Part shown: piece by piece, positions 1 through 9,546 of the stretch
How positions within the stretch are numbered: position 1 is the first letter of the stretch
How the letters are laid out: the number at the start of each line of letters is the position of its first letter
Origin: Candidatus Woesebacteria bacterium
GTDB taxonomy: Bacteria; Patescibacteriota; Microgenomatia; UBA8517
Assembly (NCBI GenBank): GCA_016432525.1
Contig: CP066693.1
Location: 614,175 to 678,174, forward strand
Length of the DNA stretch: 64,000 nucleotides
Direction of reading: 5' to 3'
Made by a program: the position numbers and the translations under genes
Notes under the pieces: generated by a model
Told to the model about the DNA's origin: nothing
Databases searched by the model: none
What the model saw: only the letters and a program-made list of their open reading frames with translations

Positions 1-1635
1 AAGGTCAGCCCTTAAGGCTCTATAAATTCCTTTATTGTTAATTAATCCTAAATTATATGCATTGTCCAAATCTTCAATTATTGAATCTATGCTAACAATC
101 TGTATAGATTTTGGTGTATTTCCAGAAGTCATTAAAAATTGATCAACTTCTCCATCTGAAATAAGTCCATTGTAGGAATTTAAAGTAAGCTCTCCGTTCC
201 TATTATATAAATACGAATCCAATTGATAACTGCCATTGTTGCCTGAAAGCTTAACCTTATAATTACCATCTGTGGGTTTTGGATAAGCAAAAGTGTTAAG
301 AGAATTTGTATTTGCAGGAGAACTATCAAGATCATCAATCAGGAGGTCCTCTACAAAATTAAATCCAGTAATCTCGTTATCATTTGAATCAAAAACATGC
401 ATATTTATTGTTGGATCAACATAGAAAACCAAGTAAGAAAGATCTGTATTTGCTGGAGTATACTTATCAATTCTATCAAAACTTCCTCCATGTAGATTTT
501 CAACATCAGAAAGAAGTGTTTTGTCTGATGCGGGGTCGTTTACAATAAAATCTGAATTCTGAACCCCTTTTGTAGTCAAAAAATGTCCTGGTACGTGTAA
601 AATTGTCGGAATATTATTAGAAAGCGAATCGGTGACGATATTTTTGTCAGCTGAAAAATAGTTCCATTCAAGATGTGTCAAATCCTTATTTTGATCAATT
701 TTTGTTGTGTTAATTTTAGAAAATCTAGATATTGCTGGCCAATTTATCCATCCAATTCTATTATAACCATTATTATTTTTTAACCAATCATTTAAAGCAT
801 CAGGTAAAATATCATGATTATAATATCTTAAAACCATATCAGCTGAAGTTAGAGCACACCCCCATCTTGCAATTGAAATTTTATCAGGTAAGGCCCATTT
901 ACTAGCAGAATCATATTCCACTCCACCCCACGGGTCCGAGTATTGCTTCAGATCAGGAACAGGAAGTGAGTTATCTAAAATTTCTATTTTGAAATTATCA
1001 AACCAAACTTCTGATTGTGGAATACTTCCCGCGCTAGCTGCGAGTCCTGCAGTTAAATTACCAAAAAAAGGCATCTCATCAACTATTGTCTGAACAAGAG
1101 TTCCATCTATAAATATTTTAAATACACCTGAATTTAATTCAGTTTTGATATTATATTCCCCATTTTCCGAAAAGTTATAATTAAAATGTTTATTAGGTAA
1201 GAAATATTCAACTCCATTAACTACTTTATCTAGATAAACATCTGTCCCAACAAAATGCAATCCATACCAATTATGTAAGTCTTTAAATTTTACAATTAAA
1301 TTCCTATCCATATAAATTGATTGAGTAAAAGTTACGTCTGCTTCCACGGAATAGTTGGTAGTAGAATCAATCGTGACATAGTCTGGCATAATGAAAGTAG
1401 AACAAGAACCTCCGTTGATAATAATGCCAAACTTACCATTCACTTCCATCCATTCAGCCTTTGAGCCATTAAATTTACATAAATTTGAAATTTCCGTCCA
1501 TTTATCGACAACACCATTCTCAAAATCGTCATTGAAAATAATAGTATTGGCGCTTACTTGCTTAGGAGAAATTGAAAACAATAAAAACACTAACGAGAGT
1601 AAAAAAAATAATTTTAAACAAAAATCAAATCTCAC
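1..1635 (-). CDS. Secreted protein with an N-terminal LamG/concanavalin-like domain and a C-terminal peptidase-C39-like domain; the 3' end is truncated by the window edge.
   Basis: The minus-strand frame is open from nt 1 to a GTG at 1633-1635. The N-terminal signal peptide reads FCLKLFFLLSLVFLLFSISPKQVSA. A jelly-roll-like segment contains NDDFENGVVDKW...WMEVNGKFGIII. The Cys motif ARWGCALTSADMVLRYYN and the His/Asp motif HVPGHFLTTKG...IVNDP resemble the Peptidase_C39_2 catalytic residues. Confidence 0.5.
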   Translation of the reverse strand, partial: MRFDFCLKLFFLLSLVFLLFSISPKQVSANTIIFNDDFENGVVDKWTEISNLCKFNGSKAEWMEVNGKFGIIINGGSCSTFIMPDYVTIDSTTNYSVEADVTFTQSIYMDRNLIVKFKDLHNWYGLHFVGTDVYLDKVVNGVEYFLPNKHFNYNFSENGEYNIKTELNSGVFKIFIDGTLVQTIVDEMPFFGNLTAGLAASAGSIPQSEVWFDNFKIEILDNSLPVPDLKQYSDPWGGVEYDSASKWALPDKISIARWGCALTSADMVLRYYNHDILPDALNDWLKNNNGYNRIGWINWPAISRFSKINTTKIDQNKDLTHLEWNYFSADKNIVTDSLSNNIPTILHVPGHFLTTKGVQNSDFIVNDPASDKTLLSDVENLHGGSFDRIDKYTPANTDLSYLVFYVDPTINMHVFDSNDNEITGFNFVEDLLIDDLDSSPANTNSLNTFAYPKPTDGNYKVKLSGNNGSYQLDSYLYNRNGELTLNSYNGLISDGEVDQFLMTSGNTPKSIQIVSIDSIIEDLDNAYNLGLINNKGIYRALRADL

Positions 1636-1706
1636 ATTACTATTTAACTAAGTATTAAACCTAAACAATTACTAGTCAAGAGTTATAATTATTCTTAATT
1701 ATATTC

Positions 1707-2624
1707 ATGAAAGTTTCCATCGCCATTACTTTGTTAAATGAAGAAAAGGCAATCAAATCTCTTTTAAATTCTCTGTTATCTCAAACACAAAACCCATCAG
1801 AGATCGTTATAGTTGACGCTGGATCGACCGATGAAACTATCAAAATTATAAAAAATTCTCAAAAGAAAAATAAATCGATAAAATTATTTGTCAAAAAAGG
1901 ATTAAATATCGCTCAAGGTAGAAATTTAGCTATCAAAAAATCAAAAAATGAAATAATTGCGATTATTGATGGAGGTTGCATTGCCAAAAAAGACTGGCTA
2001 GAAAAAATCACACAGCCTTTTGAAGATCCAAAAATTGAACACGTTGCTGGATTTTACGAAATGACAGGTGAATCGAATCTTCAAAAAGCTGCAAAATTAT
2101 TTCTTGGAGTTTTACCTCAGAATTTTAAACAAGATAATTTTCTCCCATCCGCAAGATCAATGGCTTTCAAAAAATCTTTTTGGAAAAGACTTGGAGGATT
2201 TGAAGAAAAATTTAGTTTTGCAGGAGAAGACACTCATTTTAACTACAAAGCTCTCCTAAATTACTCGAATATTGCGAGGCAAAAAAAAGCAATAGTATAT
2301 TGGGAAGTCCCCAAGAGCTTCAAAAGTTTAATTAGAAAATTCTTCTTATATGCAGTAGGAGATGGGGAAATGCTAAAAATTACCAAAAAATTTAATCACC
2401 ATAGCATTAAAATTTTTTCAATATATTTAAGATATCTAATAATGTTTTTGCTTTTCCCGTTTACGGCTATTTTATTAATAATTTATTTATTTTGGTCAAT
2501 TAATAAATTCTCAAAAATAAAAAAAACTTGGCAAACTACTATTCTAATCCCTATAATTCAAATAGCATCTGACTTCGCAGTCATGGCTGGTTTTCTATAT
2601 GGGATATCAAAAAGAAACAATTAA
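1707..2624 (+). CDS. Family 2 glycosyltransferase
   Basis: N-terminus reads SIAITLLNEEKAIKSLLNSL...VIVDAGSTDET with a DGG motif. Two TM helices lie at the C-terminus. Confidence 0.8.
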   Translation: MKVSIAITLLNEEKAIKSLLNSLLSQTQNPSEIVIVDAGSTDETIKIIKNSQKKNKSIKLFVKKGLNIAQGRNLAIKKSKNEIIAIIDGGCIAKKDWLEKITQPFEDPKIEHVAGFYEMTGESNLQKAAKLFLGVLPQNFKQDNFLPSARSMAFKKSFWKRLGGFEEKFSFAGEDTHFNYKALLNYSNIARQKKAIVYWEVPKSFKSLIRKFFLYAVGDGEMLKITKKFNHHSIKIFSIYLRYLIMFLLFPFTAILLIIYLFWSINKFSKIKKTWQTTILIPIIQIASDFAVMAGFLYGISKRNN

Positions 2625-3840
2625 AGGCGCCTCCTGGATTGGAGCTCTCCGCGTTACCACAAGAGTCATCGCTCTAATAAAAACAACAGTTATCGCACGC
2701 TTGCTCAGTCCTTCAGCCTTCGGAGTATTTGGTATATCTATGGTGGTGATGGCTCTCCTTGAAATACTTACAGAAACTGGTATTAATGTTTTTTTACTTC
2801 AAGAAAAGGATGATGTAGATGAATTTGTAAACACCTCATGGGTTGTTTCAATATTTAGAGGAGTATTGATCGCTATAATACTAGTTTTATGTTCGTCTCT
2901 GGTGGCATCCTTTTTTAAATCTCCAGAAAGTCAACCATTAATTATATTGGTAAGCTTGGTACCTTTAATTAGAGGATTTATCAATCCTTCAGAAATCAAG
3001 TTGCAAAAAGATTTAAAGTTCAAAAAAGACTTTGTGTTTAGATTTACAATTTTCACTTTTGATGCCCTGGTTGCAATCGTTGCAACCTTAATTACTAAAA
3101 ACGCCGCAGGAGCAATCTTTGGTTTAATCGCAGGGGCAATATTAGAAGTAGTATTGTCGTTCTTGATAGTAAAACCAAGGCCAAAATTCATCCTTGAAAT
3201 AGAAAAAACCCGTAAAGTATTGGATAGAGGAAAATGGATAACCGGCGCTGGAATTTTCGATTACCTTTTCGAAAATATAGATGATATAACAGTAGGCCGA
3301 TTTCTCGGATCTGGCCCGCTAGGTCTATATCAAATGGCTTATAAGCTTGCCACGCTTCCAATCACTGAAGTTGCTGATGTATTCGGTAAGGTAACTCTTC
3401 CAATCTATGTAAAAATATCCGGCGACACAAAAAGAATTAAGAGAGCTTTTATCAAATCAACGATAGGAATAGCCTTTCTAACGATTCCTTTTGGAATAGT
3501 ACTAATTCTCTTTTCTAAACAAATTATATTAATAATTCTTGGAAAAAACTGGCTAGATGCAGCTCCGGCTGTTCAATTTATAACCGTTTACGCAATTCTT
3601 CGTGCAATAATTAATCCTGCCCTAACTTTATTTCTATCAGTGAAAAAACAAGAATATGTTACTTCTGTAATTTTGCTCGGTACGATAACACTTGGAATTA
3701 GTATAATTCCTCTTACTGTGAAATTGGGACTAGTAGGAGCAGGAATATCAACAATAATAGCTGTAAGTGTTATGATACCGATGACGATATTTTATACAAT
3801 AAAGCTATTTAACGGAAAATGGACTTCAACGAACGAGTAA
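2599..3840 (+). CDS. Polysaccharide biosynthesis (MOP/Wzx-like) flippase
   Basis: 413 aa with 10-12 predicted TM helices in a Wzx-like arrangement. It overlaps the upstream GT2 by 26 nt. Confidence 0.65.
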   Translation: MGYQKETIKGASWIGALRVTTRVIALIKTTVIARLLSPSAFGVFGISMVVMALLEILTETGINVFLLQEKDDVDEFVNTSWVVSIFRGVLIAIILVLCSSLVASFFKSPESQPLIILVSLVPLIRGFINPSEIKLQKDLKFKKDFVFRFTIFTFDALVAIVATLITKNAAGAIFGLIAGAILEVVLSFLIVKPRPKFILEIEKTRKVLDRGKWITGAGIFDYLFENIDDITVGRFLGSGPLGLYQMAYKLATLPITEVADVFGKVTLPIYVKISGDTKRIKRAFIKSTIGIAFLTIPFGIVLILFSKQIILIILGKNWLDAAPAVQFITVYAILRAIINPALTLFLSVKKQEYVTSVILLGTITLGISIIPLTVKLGLVGAGISTIIAVSVMIPMTIFYTIKLFNGKWTSTNE

Positions 3841-4595
3841 TACCAGATGTTTCTGCAAACTTTCTATATCAAGAAGCATTAGCCAGATATAAATTCGCCC
3901 AAAAATACCTTAAGCCAAAATTCAAAGTATTGGATTTAGGATGCGGAACTGGATATGGCACAAAATTACTAGGCGAAAAAGTGCCCGAAATTATTGGAAT
4001 CGATATCAACAAAGAGGCTATAAATTTTGCGAAAAAAAATTATCCCAAAAAGGCAAATTTCAGAATTGGTAACGTTGAACTATTAAAATTTAAAGATAAT
4101 TATTTTAATTTAATTTGCTCTTTCGAGGTAATAGAACACCTTAAGAATCCACAAAAGAAATATCTTAAGGAAATAAAAAGAGTTTTAAAAAAAGACGGAA
4201 AAGTTATATTTTCAACACCTAACAAAGAAACAAGGTCACCAGAATCTGAAGTTTCAAGCCCATATCATTTTAGAGAATACAAATATTCTGAATTTAAAAA
4301 ACTTTTAAAGAAAAATTTTTCAAAAGTAGAAATCAAAGGGCAATTTAGATCCAAACGAACTAAAAAGGCATTAAAATCCTTTATGAATTCACAAAAAGGA
4401 AGACAAAAAATTGTAGGTTTCGACAAATTGAATTTTAGAAAACTTATTCCTAAAAAATACAAAGAGTGGATTTGGAAATACGTTGGATTTTTTTTTGGAA
4501 GAAGTGATCAAGCTTCACTTAATTTCAAAAATTTCCCAATTCATTCACAAAATATAAAAAATTGTGAATACTTTATAGCTATATGCGAAAAATAA
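3819..4595 (+). CDS. Class I SAM-dependent methyltransferase
   Basis: Motif I reads VLDLGCGTGYGT, and motif post-II follows at LKKDGKVIFSTPN. Confidence 0.75.
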   Translation: MDFNERVIPDVSANFLYQEALARYKFAQKYLKPKFKVLDLGCGTGYGTKLLGEKVPEIIGIDINKEAINFAKKNYPKKANFRIGNVELLKFKDNYFNLICSFEVIEHLKNPQKKYLKEIKRVLKKDGKVIFSTPNKETRSPESEVSSPYHFREYKYSEFKKLLKKNFSKVEIKGQFRSKRTKKALKSFMNSQKGRQKIVGFDKLNFRKLIPKKYKEWIWKYVGFFFGRSDQASLNFKNFPIHSQNIKNCEYFIAICEK

Positions 4596-6739
4596 AACTT
4601 TCTATAGTAATTGTTCATTATGGGGATATAATCAATCTTTGTAATTGTTTAAATTCAATCTTGGAAAGCAAATCTAGAACAATCACCGAAATTATAGTAG
4701 TAGATAATGATGAAGAGGAAACAATTCAAAAAGAACTTCTTACAAAATTTCCAAAAATTAAATACATCAAAAGTAAAGGTAACATTGGCTACGGGGCAGC
4801 CATAAACCTTGGAGTTACAAACTCAAAGGGTGATTATATATTAGTACTAAATTCAGATACTAAAATTTTGGCCCAAACAATCAATATTTTAATACAAGAA
4901 CTTGAAAACAGTCATCAAGCAGGTATTTTAGCCCCAAAATTACTTAATAATAATAGGGAGGAATATGAACAACTCGGATCTTCAGAACTTACTCCTCTAA
5001 GAGCAATTTTTTCGCTTTCATTTTTAAATAAAATTCTACCAAGTAACCCAATATCACGCTCTTATTTCAAAAAGCCAATAAAAGACAAAAAACCATACGA
5101 AGTAGATGTCGTTCCAGGATCGGCTATGGCTATCAGAAGAAAAGCATTCGAAGAAATTAATGGTTTCGACAGCAATTTCTTTCTATATTTTGAGGAATCA
5201 GATTTTTGTAAGAGAATCAAAGAGAAAGGCTGGAAAATATTTATAGTTCCAAATTCAAAACTAATTCATATTTGGGAAGGTAACACTCCAAGAACAAAAA
5301 AAATTAAAAAAATATTTGAGGGAAGTAGATATTATTATTTCAAAAAGCATTATGGAGTTCTAAATGCCTTAATTGTCGAAATTTTCGCTAGATTTTCAAA
5401 ATGGCATGGTTTGTTAATCTTAACCCTCCTTCTTGCTCTTCTCCTAAGATTCTATAGAATTCCACAAAATCTCATCTTTCATGGAGAATTGGGACACAAC
5501 TACCTTGCTATTAAAAATTTAGTTGAATTAAGGCAAATTCCACTTCTTGGCCCTCCTACTTCTCATCCCTGGCTTTCATTCGGTCCACTTTTTTATTGGA
5601 TTTTTGCACCTTTTTTGGTTTTATTTCATTACCAACCAGTTGCCGGCGCATATTTTTTCGCTATCGAAAATCTAATTCTTATAGTAATCAATTTCTATAT
5701 AATAAAGAAAATATTCAACAGTGAAATCGCAGCAATCTCCTCTTATTTAGTTGCAATTTCACCTTTGTGGATGGATTTGACCCGTCAATCTCGTTTCTTT
5801 TCTCTTTCAATCATTTTTCTTTATCCTTTTTTTTATTTCTTAATAAAAATCATTCAAAAAAAATCTCAAAAATTTCTAATCTTAGGATTTTTTTTAGGTC
5901 TCTCTCTAAGTTTTCATCTAACACCTCTTTTTTTGATTCCTTTCACTTTGCTAATTTTCTACATCAATAAAATCCTAGAACTTCAAAAAACAATCAGATT
6001 TTTGGCTGGCTTATTAATTACACAAACCCCTTTTTTTGTATATAATCTAACTCACAAATTTGAAATGTTAACAAAATTTGTTGAATGGGTTCCTTATAGA
6101 ACCCTGACCTCTCAAAAATCATTTTCAGTGAGTCTTTTATATGACTTCATAACTAAAAGTTTTATTACCGATTCCACACTTTCAAAAATCCTATTTTTTC
6201 TCCTTTTAGCAATTATTCTTAATTTAACATTCAAATTCGTAAAAAAAACCAAAAATCCAATTTCAGTGACTCTAATTTGGTTTTATTTTGGAATTATCAC
6301 ACTTTTTATTCATGGAAACCCGCCAAGCCACTACTTAATGCCTCTTTATTTCGTCCCAATTATTTTGCTCTCTTTTGCTCTTTCTAAATCAAATAAATTT
6401 GTTATGTTAGGCTTCCTTGTGGTCATAACTTTCCTAAATTTAAAATTTTATTTTTCAAAAAATTGGTTTTATATTCCAACCAATACAATTCAAAAAAATC
6501 AGACAGTTCCATATCAGTTACAAAACCAAGTTGTTGATTTCATCGTAAGTGATGCAAAAGGCCAGAAATACAACCTTCAAAGGAAAGGTTTTTCAGATCA
6601 ATTTGAAGGAAATTACGCACAAAATTATGTATATTTAGCCTGGCTAAAAGGTAACAAGCCTAGTGAAAATCCTCAAAATCTTGTTTATACAATTGTAGAG
6701 TCGCCTCCAGATATTTCAATAATTAAGAATATAAAATGA
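4583..6739 (+). CDS. Fusion of an N-terminal GT2 domain to a C-terminal GT-C-type (PMT/ArnT-like) multi-TM domain
   Basis: The N-terminus reads SIVIVHYGD...VVDND...GYGAAINLG with an FEESDF motif, typical of GT2. The C-terminal ~400 aa are polytopic, with an RFYRIP...GHNYLA...PPTSHPW loop reminiscent of GT-C family 39/83. Confidence 0.65.
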   Translation: MRKIKLSIVIVHYGDIINLCNCLNSILESKSRTITEIIVVDNDEEETIQKELLTKFPKIKYIKSKGNIGYGAAINLGVTNSKGDYILVLNSDTKILAQTINILIQELENSHQAGILAPKLLNNNREEYEQLGSSELTPLRAIFSLSFLNKILPSNPISRSYFKKPIKDKKPYEVDVVPGSAMAIRRKAFEEINGFDSNFFLYFEESDFCKRIKEKGWKIFIVPNSKLIHIWEGNTPRTKKIKKIFEGSRYYYFKKHYGVLNALIVEIFARFSKWHGLLILTLLLALLLRFYRIPQNLIFHGELGHNYLAIKNLVELRQIPLLGPPTSHPWLSFGPLFYWIFAPFLVLFHYQPVAGAYFFAIENLILIVINFYIIKKIFNSEIAAISSYLVAISPLWMDLTRQSRFFSLSIIFLYPFFYFLIKIIQKKSQKFLILGFFLGLSLSFHLTPLFLIPFTLLIFYINKILELQKTIRFLAGLLITQTPFFVYNLTHKFEMLTKFVEWVPYRTLTSQKSFSVSLLYDFITKSFITDSTLSKILFFLLLAIILNLTFKFVKKTKNPISVTLIWFYFGIITLFIHGNPPSHYLMPLYFVPIILLSFALSKSNKFVMLGFLVVITFLNLKFYFSKNWFYIPTNTIQKNQTVPYQLQNQVVDFIVSDAKGQKYNLQRKGFSDQFEGNYAQNYVYLAWLKGNKPSENPQNLVYTIVESPPDISIIKNIK

Positions 6740-7509
6740 AAGATAAAATATCAGCAGTTATTCTTACAAAAAATGAAGAGAAAAATATAAAAAACTGCCT
6801 TAAATATCTAAGATTCTGCGATGAAATTATCTTAATTGATGATTTTTCAAAAGACAAAACAACTAAATTTGCAAAAAAGTTTCGAGCAAAAATTTTCAAA
6901 AGAGAACTCAAAAATAATTTCGCTCTACAAAGAAACTTCGGGCTTATTAAGGCCAAAAATCCGTGGGTTTTATTTGTAGACGCTGATGAAGTTGTCAGTT
7001 CAGATCTTAAAAAAGAAATTATTGATAAAATTAAAAAACCTGATATTCAAGGTTACTTTCTAGTACGAAAAGATTATATTTTTGGTAAGGAGATGAAACA
7101 TGGAGAGTTTTCAACATATGGTTGGTTTGGGAATGCAAAGTTATTGAGATTAGCAAGAAAAAATGCTGGAAAATGGAAAAGAAATGTGCATGAATTTTGG
7201 GAAATAAAAGGAGAAACAAACTCCCTAAAAAATCCAATCCTTCATTATTCTCATCCTGATTTGAAAAGTTTTATTGATAATATTGATTCCTTTTCTTATT
7301 TTCACTCAAAAGCTCTCGAAAAAGAAGGTAAACAGGTAAGTCTTTTAAAAATAATCATTTGGCCAGTAGGAAAATTTGCTTACAACTATATATTTAGATT
7401 AGGTTTCCTTGACGGTTTAGAAGGGTTTATAGTAGCTATTATAATGAGTTTTCATTCTTTTCTCGCTTGGACCAGATTATGGATTCATTCAAAAGAAAAT
7501 TACAATTAA
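6736..7509 (+). CDS. Family 2 glycosyltransferase (WaaE/KdtX-like)
   Basis: N-terminus reads ISAVILTKNEEKNIKNCL...IILIDDFSKDKT with a DADE motif. Confidence 0.75.
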   Translation: MKDKISAVILTKNEEKNIKNCLKYLRFCDEIILIDDFSKDKTTKFAKKFRAKIFKRELKNNFALQRNFGLIKAKNPWVLFVDADEVVSSDLKKEIIDKIKKPDIQGYFLVRKDYIFGKEMKHGEFSTYGWFGNAKLLRLARKNAGKWKRNVHEFWEIKGETNSLKNPILHYSHPDLKSFIDNIDSFSYFHSKALEKEGKQVSLLKIIIWPVGKFAYNYIFRLGFLDGLEGFIVAIIMSFHSFLAWTRLWIHSKENYN

Positions 7510-8645
7510 ATTTATTATTTTTATACTTTATTTTGTTTCCTTTAGGTCAATTCGCCAAATTTAAGCAATTTAACTTAACTGATTTGCTAGTTTTGCTTTC
7601 CTTATTAATTTTTGTTTTTACAAAAGAAAAAAATTACCCAAAATCCTCCAAAGAAATTTTTTTCACAATCACAGTATTTATATTTTCTACCATTTTTTCT
7701 GTCATTTTTTTTGATTCTCAATCCATAAAACTAGGAATACCCTACTTAATTAGATTTATAAATTATTTAATATTTTATTTAGCAATTTTCGATTTACTTA
7801 AAGTCTATCCAAAAATGAAAAATGTCCTAATAAACTGTTTAATTTTGGATGGAATCATTGTTTCAATCCTGGGAATACTCCAATACATTCTTTTACCTGA
7901 TTTAAGATATTTATATTATTTTGGTTGGGACGACCATTATTTTAGGCTTGTTTCAACTTTTCTAGACCCGGCATTTACTGGCATAATTTTAGTTCTAACT
8001 GACATTCTTCTTTTCTCTAAACTCAAAAACAATAAAAAAATAGCTATCCCACTTATTTTCATAGTCACGACTGCTCTTCTTCTAACTTATTCGAGAAGTA
8101 GCTTTATAGCTCTAATAGTAAGCTCAGTTTTTTATATTCTTCAAAAAAACAAAAAAGTTATTGCATTAGTATTTCCGATATTATTTTTGATAAGTCTACC
8201 TTTTCTTCCCCGACCTTCAAGTGAGGGAGTAAAACTTGAAAGAACAAACTCAATAGTTTTAAAAGTCGAAAACTACAAAGATTCCTTAAAGTTAGCAAAA
8301 TTATCTCCAATTTTTGGAATTGGATTTGATAATGTCTGCGAAGGCAAAGTTAAAATTCTAAACAAAAATGATAGTTTCAGCTCTCATTCCTGTCAAGGTC
8401 TTGATAACAGTTTTCTTTTTATCTTGGTAACAACAGGACTAGCTGGAATCTTAAGTTATCTAGTTCTAGGTCACTCTTTAATTAAAGGTTTAAAAAAAGA
8501 AAATCTACCTATTGTAGTAGCAGCAATTTCGGCAATTCTAATCCACTCACTTTTTACAAACACTCTCTTCTATTCTTGGATTATGGGTTATATGGCCATA
8601 CTTCTAGGGAGCTTTTCTAGTTACCAGAAGAATAATTCACTTTGA
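7479..8645 (+). CDS. O-antigen ligase / Wzy_C-like polymerase-ligase family membrane protein
   Basis: Polytopic membrane protein with an LLTYSRSSFIALIV motif and a large periplasmic-type loop. The track start at 7467 is a TTG; the first in-frame ATG is at 7479. Confidence 0.55.
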   Translation: MDSFKRKLQLNLLFLYFILFPLGQFAKFKQFNLTDLLVLLSLLIFVFTKEKNYPKSSKEIFFTITVFIFSTIFSVIFFDSQSIKLGIPYLIRFINYLIFYLAIFDLLKVYPKMKNVLINCLILDGIIVSILGILQYILLPDLRYLYYFGWDDHYFRLVSTFLDPAFTGIILVLTDILLFSKLKNNKKIAIPLIFIVTTALLLTYSRSSFIALIVSSVFYILQKNKKVIALVFPILFLISLPFLPRPSSEGVKLERTNSIVLKVENYKDSLKLAKLSPIFGIGFDNVCEGKVKILNKNDSFSSHSCQGLDNSFLFILVTTGLAGILSYLVLGHSLIKGLKKENLPIVVAAISAILIHSLFTNTLFYSWIMGYMAILLGSFSSYQKNNSL

Positions 8646-9339
8646 GAATTTGCTCGGTTTTGTTTCCTGCAGAATCAATTGCTTTAACACTAAAATTATT
8701 ATCTCCATCAGAGAGTGTTGTCTGGTATTTAAATGATCCATCATCAGAAACCGAAACAAACCTATCATTAATAGTAATTTGAGTAGAAGGATCAGTCATC
8801 CCCTGTATAGATATTTGCTTATTTTTATCTCCCAAAAACTTATCTCCATCATGGGGACTCGAAATAGTCAATTTTGGAGCCTTTTTGTCCAAAGTTACCT
8901 TATAATGCTGAGATTCATTGCTTTTGTTTCCACTTTTATCTTTTGCAATTCCATAAAAACTATTAGCTCCATCACTTAAGTTAAACTCACTTGAAAAATT
9001 GCCATTGTTATCCGAAACAACATCCGTTTGAGTATCATTAAAATAAATAGTAACAGTAGCCCCAGCCTCAGTGTTTCCGCTTACTACGATCTTATTTTGA
9101 TTTGTAAAATCAGGGATGTAATTAAAATTTGGAGGAGGCGGGGGAGTTGTGTCGTTTTTTTGAATTGGCTGATTACTTTGTTTTATATCAGTTACAATTC
9201 CAGCAAATTTTGTAACAAGTGGAATCCCAAAAAAGACCATTAAAATTAATATTCCAATAGTCAAAACTCCAAAAACAAAAGCAGATCTGATACTTCTTTT
9301 TTCCTCCAAACGTGAAAGTCTGGAATAATATTTGCGCAT
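8617..9339 (-). CDS. Membrane-anchored protein with two Ig-like (Big-type) repeats and a poly-Pro linker
   Basis: An N-terminal TM segment is followed by PPPPP and repeated ...SGN/AGN...FS... beta-sandwich-like modules. The track start at 9366 (GTG) would overlap tRNA-Thr by 24 nt, so the ATG at 9339 is preferred. Confidence 0.45.
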   Translation of the reverse strand: MRKYYSRLSRLEEKRSIRSAFVFGVLTIGILILMVFFGIPLVTKFAGIVTDIKQSNQPIQKNDTTPPPPPNFNYIPDFTNQNKIVVSGNTEAGATVTIYFNDTQTDVVSDNNGNFSSEFNLSDGANSFYGIAKDKSGNKSNESQHYKVTLDKKAPKLTISSPHDGDKFLGDKNKQISIQGMTDPSTQITINDRFVSVSDDGSFKYQTTLSDGDNNFSVKAIDSAGNKTEQILKVNYSSGN

Positions 9340-9342
9340 CTG

Positions 9343-9415
9343 AGCCGATGGGTGGCTTCGAACCACCGACCTCTGCTTTACGAAAGCATTGCTCTACCAG
9401 CTGAGCTACATCGGC
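9343..9415 (-). tRNA. tRNA-Thr (anticodon CGT)
   Basis: Folded by hand. Acceptor stem is gccgatg/catcggc, D-arm is gctc/gagc, anticodon stem-loop is tgct-TTCGTAA-agca, and T-arm is ggtgg-ttcgaag-ccacc. CCA is not encoded. Confidence 0.85.
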
Positions 9416-9434
9416 TTGACCCTAATCTTTGCTG

Positions 9435-9505
9435 AGCGGGATAGGAGAATCGAACTCCCTTCTCATCCTTGGGAAGGACGCATTCTACCGGTGAACTAAT
9501 CCCGC
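9435..9505 (-). tRNA. tRNA-Gly (anticodon CCC)
   Basis: Acceptor stem is gcgggat/atcccgc, anticodon stem-loop is cgtcc-TTCCCAA-ggatg, and T-arm is gggag-ttcgatt-ctcct. Confidence 0.85.
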
Positions 9506-9507
9506 GC

Positions 9508-9546
9508 ACTGTGGCTATATTATATCATTTAGCGCGGAAGTGTGAA
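9508..9546 (-). promoter_or_regulatory. Promoter for the tRNA-Gly/tRNA-Thr unit. It contains an extended -10 TGATATAAT and the conserved 20-bp element ACTGTGGCTATATTATATCA (on +).
   Basis: On the minus strand the -35 TTCACA (9541-9546) is followed by a 16-nt spacer and the -10 TGaTATAAT (9519-9527). The predicted start site lies about 6 nt before the tRNA-Gly 5' end. Confidence 0.55.

Noticed and set aside
1391-1651. Short + and minus strand ORFs nested in or antisense to larger genes (e.g. 1391-1651, 2068-2259, 2931-3191, 5767-5970, 22532-22810, 29021-29284, 38123-38461)
   Set aside because: They overlap well-supported longer genes, have low-complexity AT-rich codons, and lack start signals.
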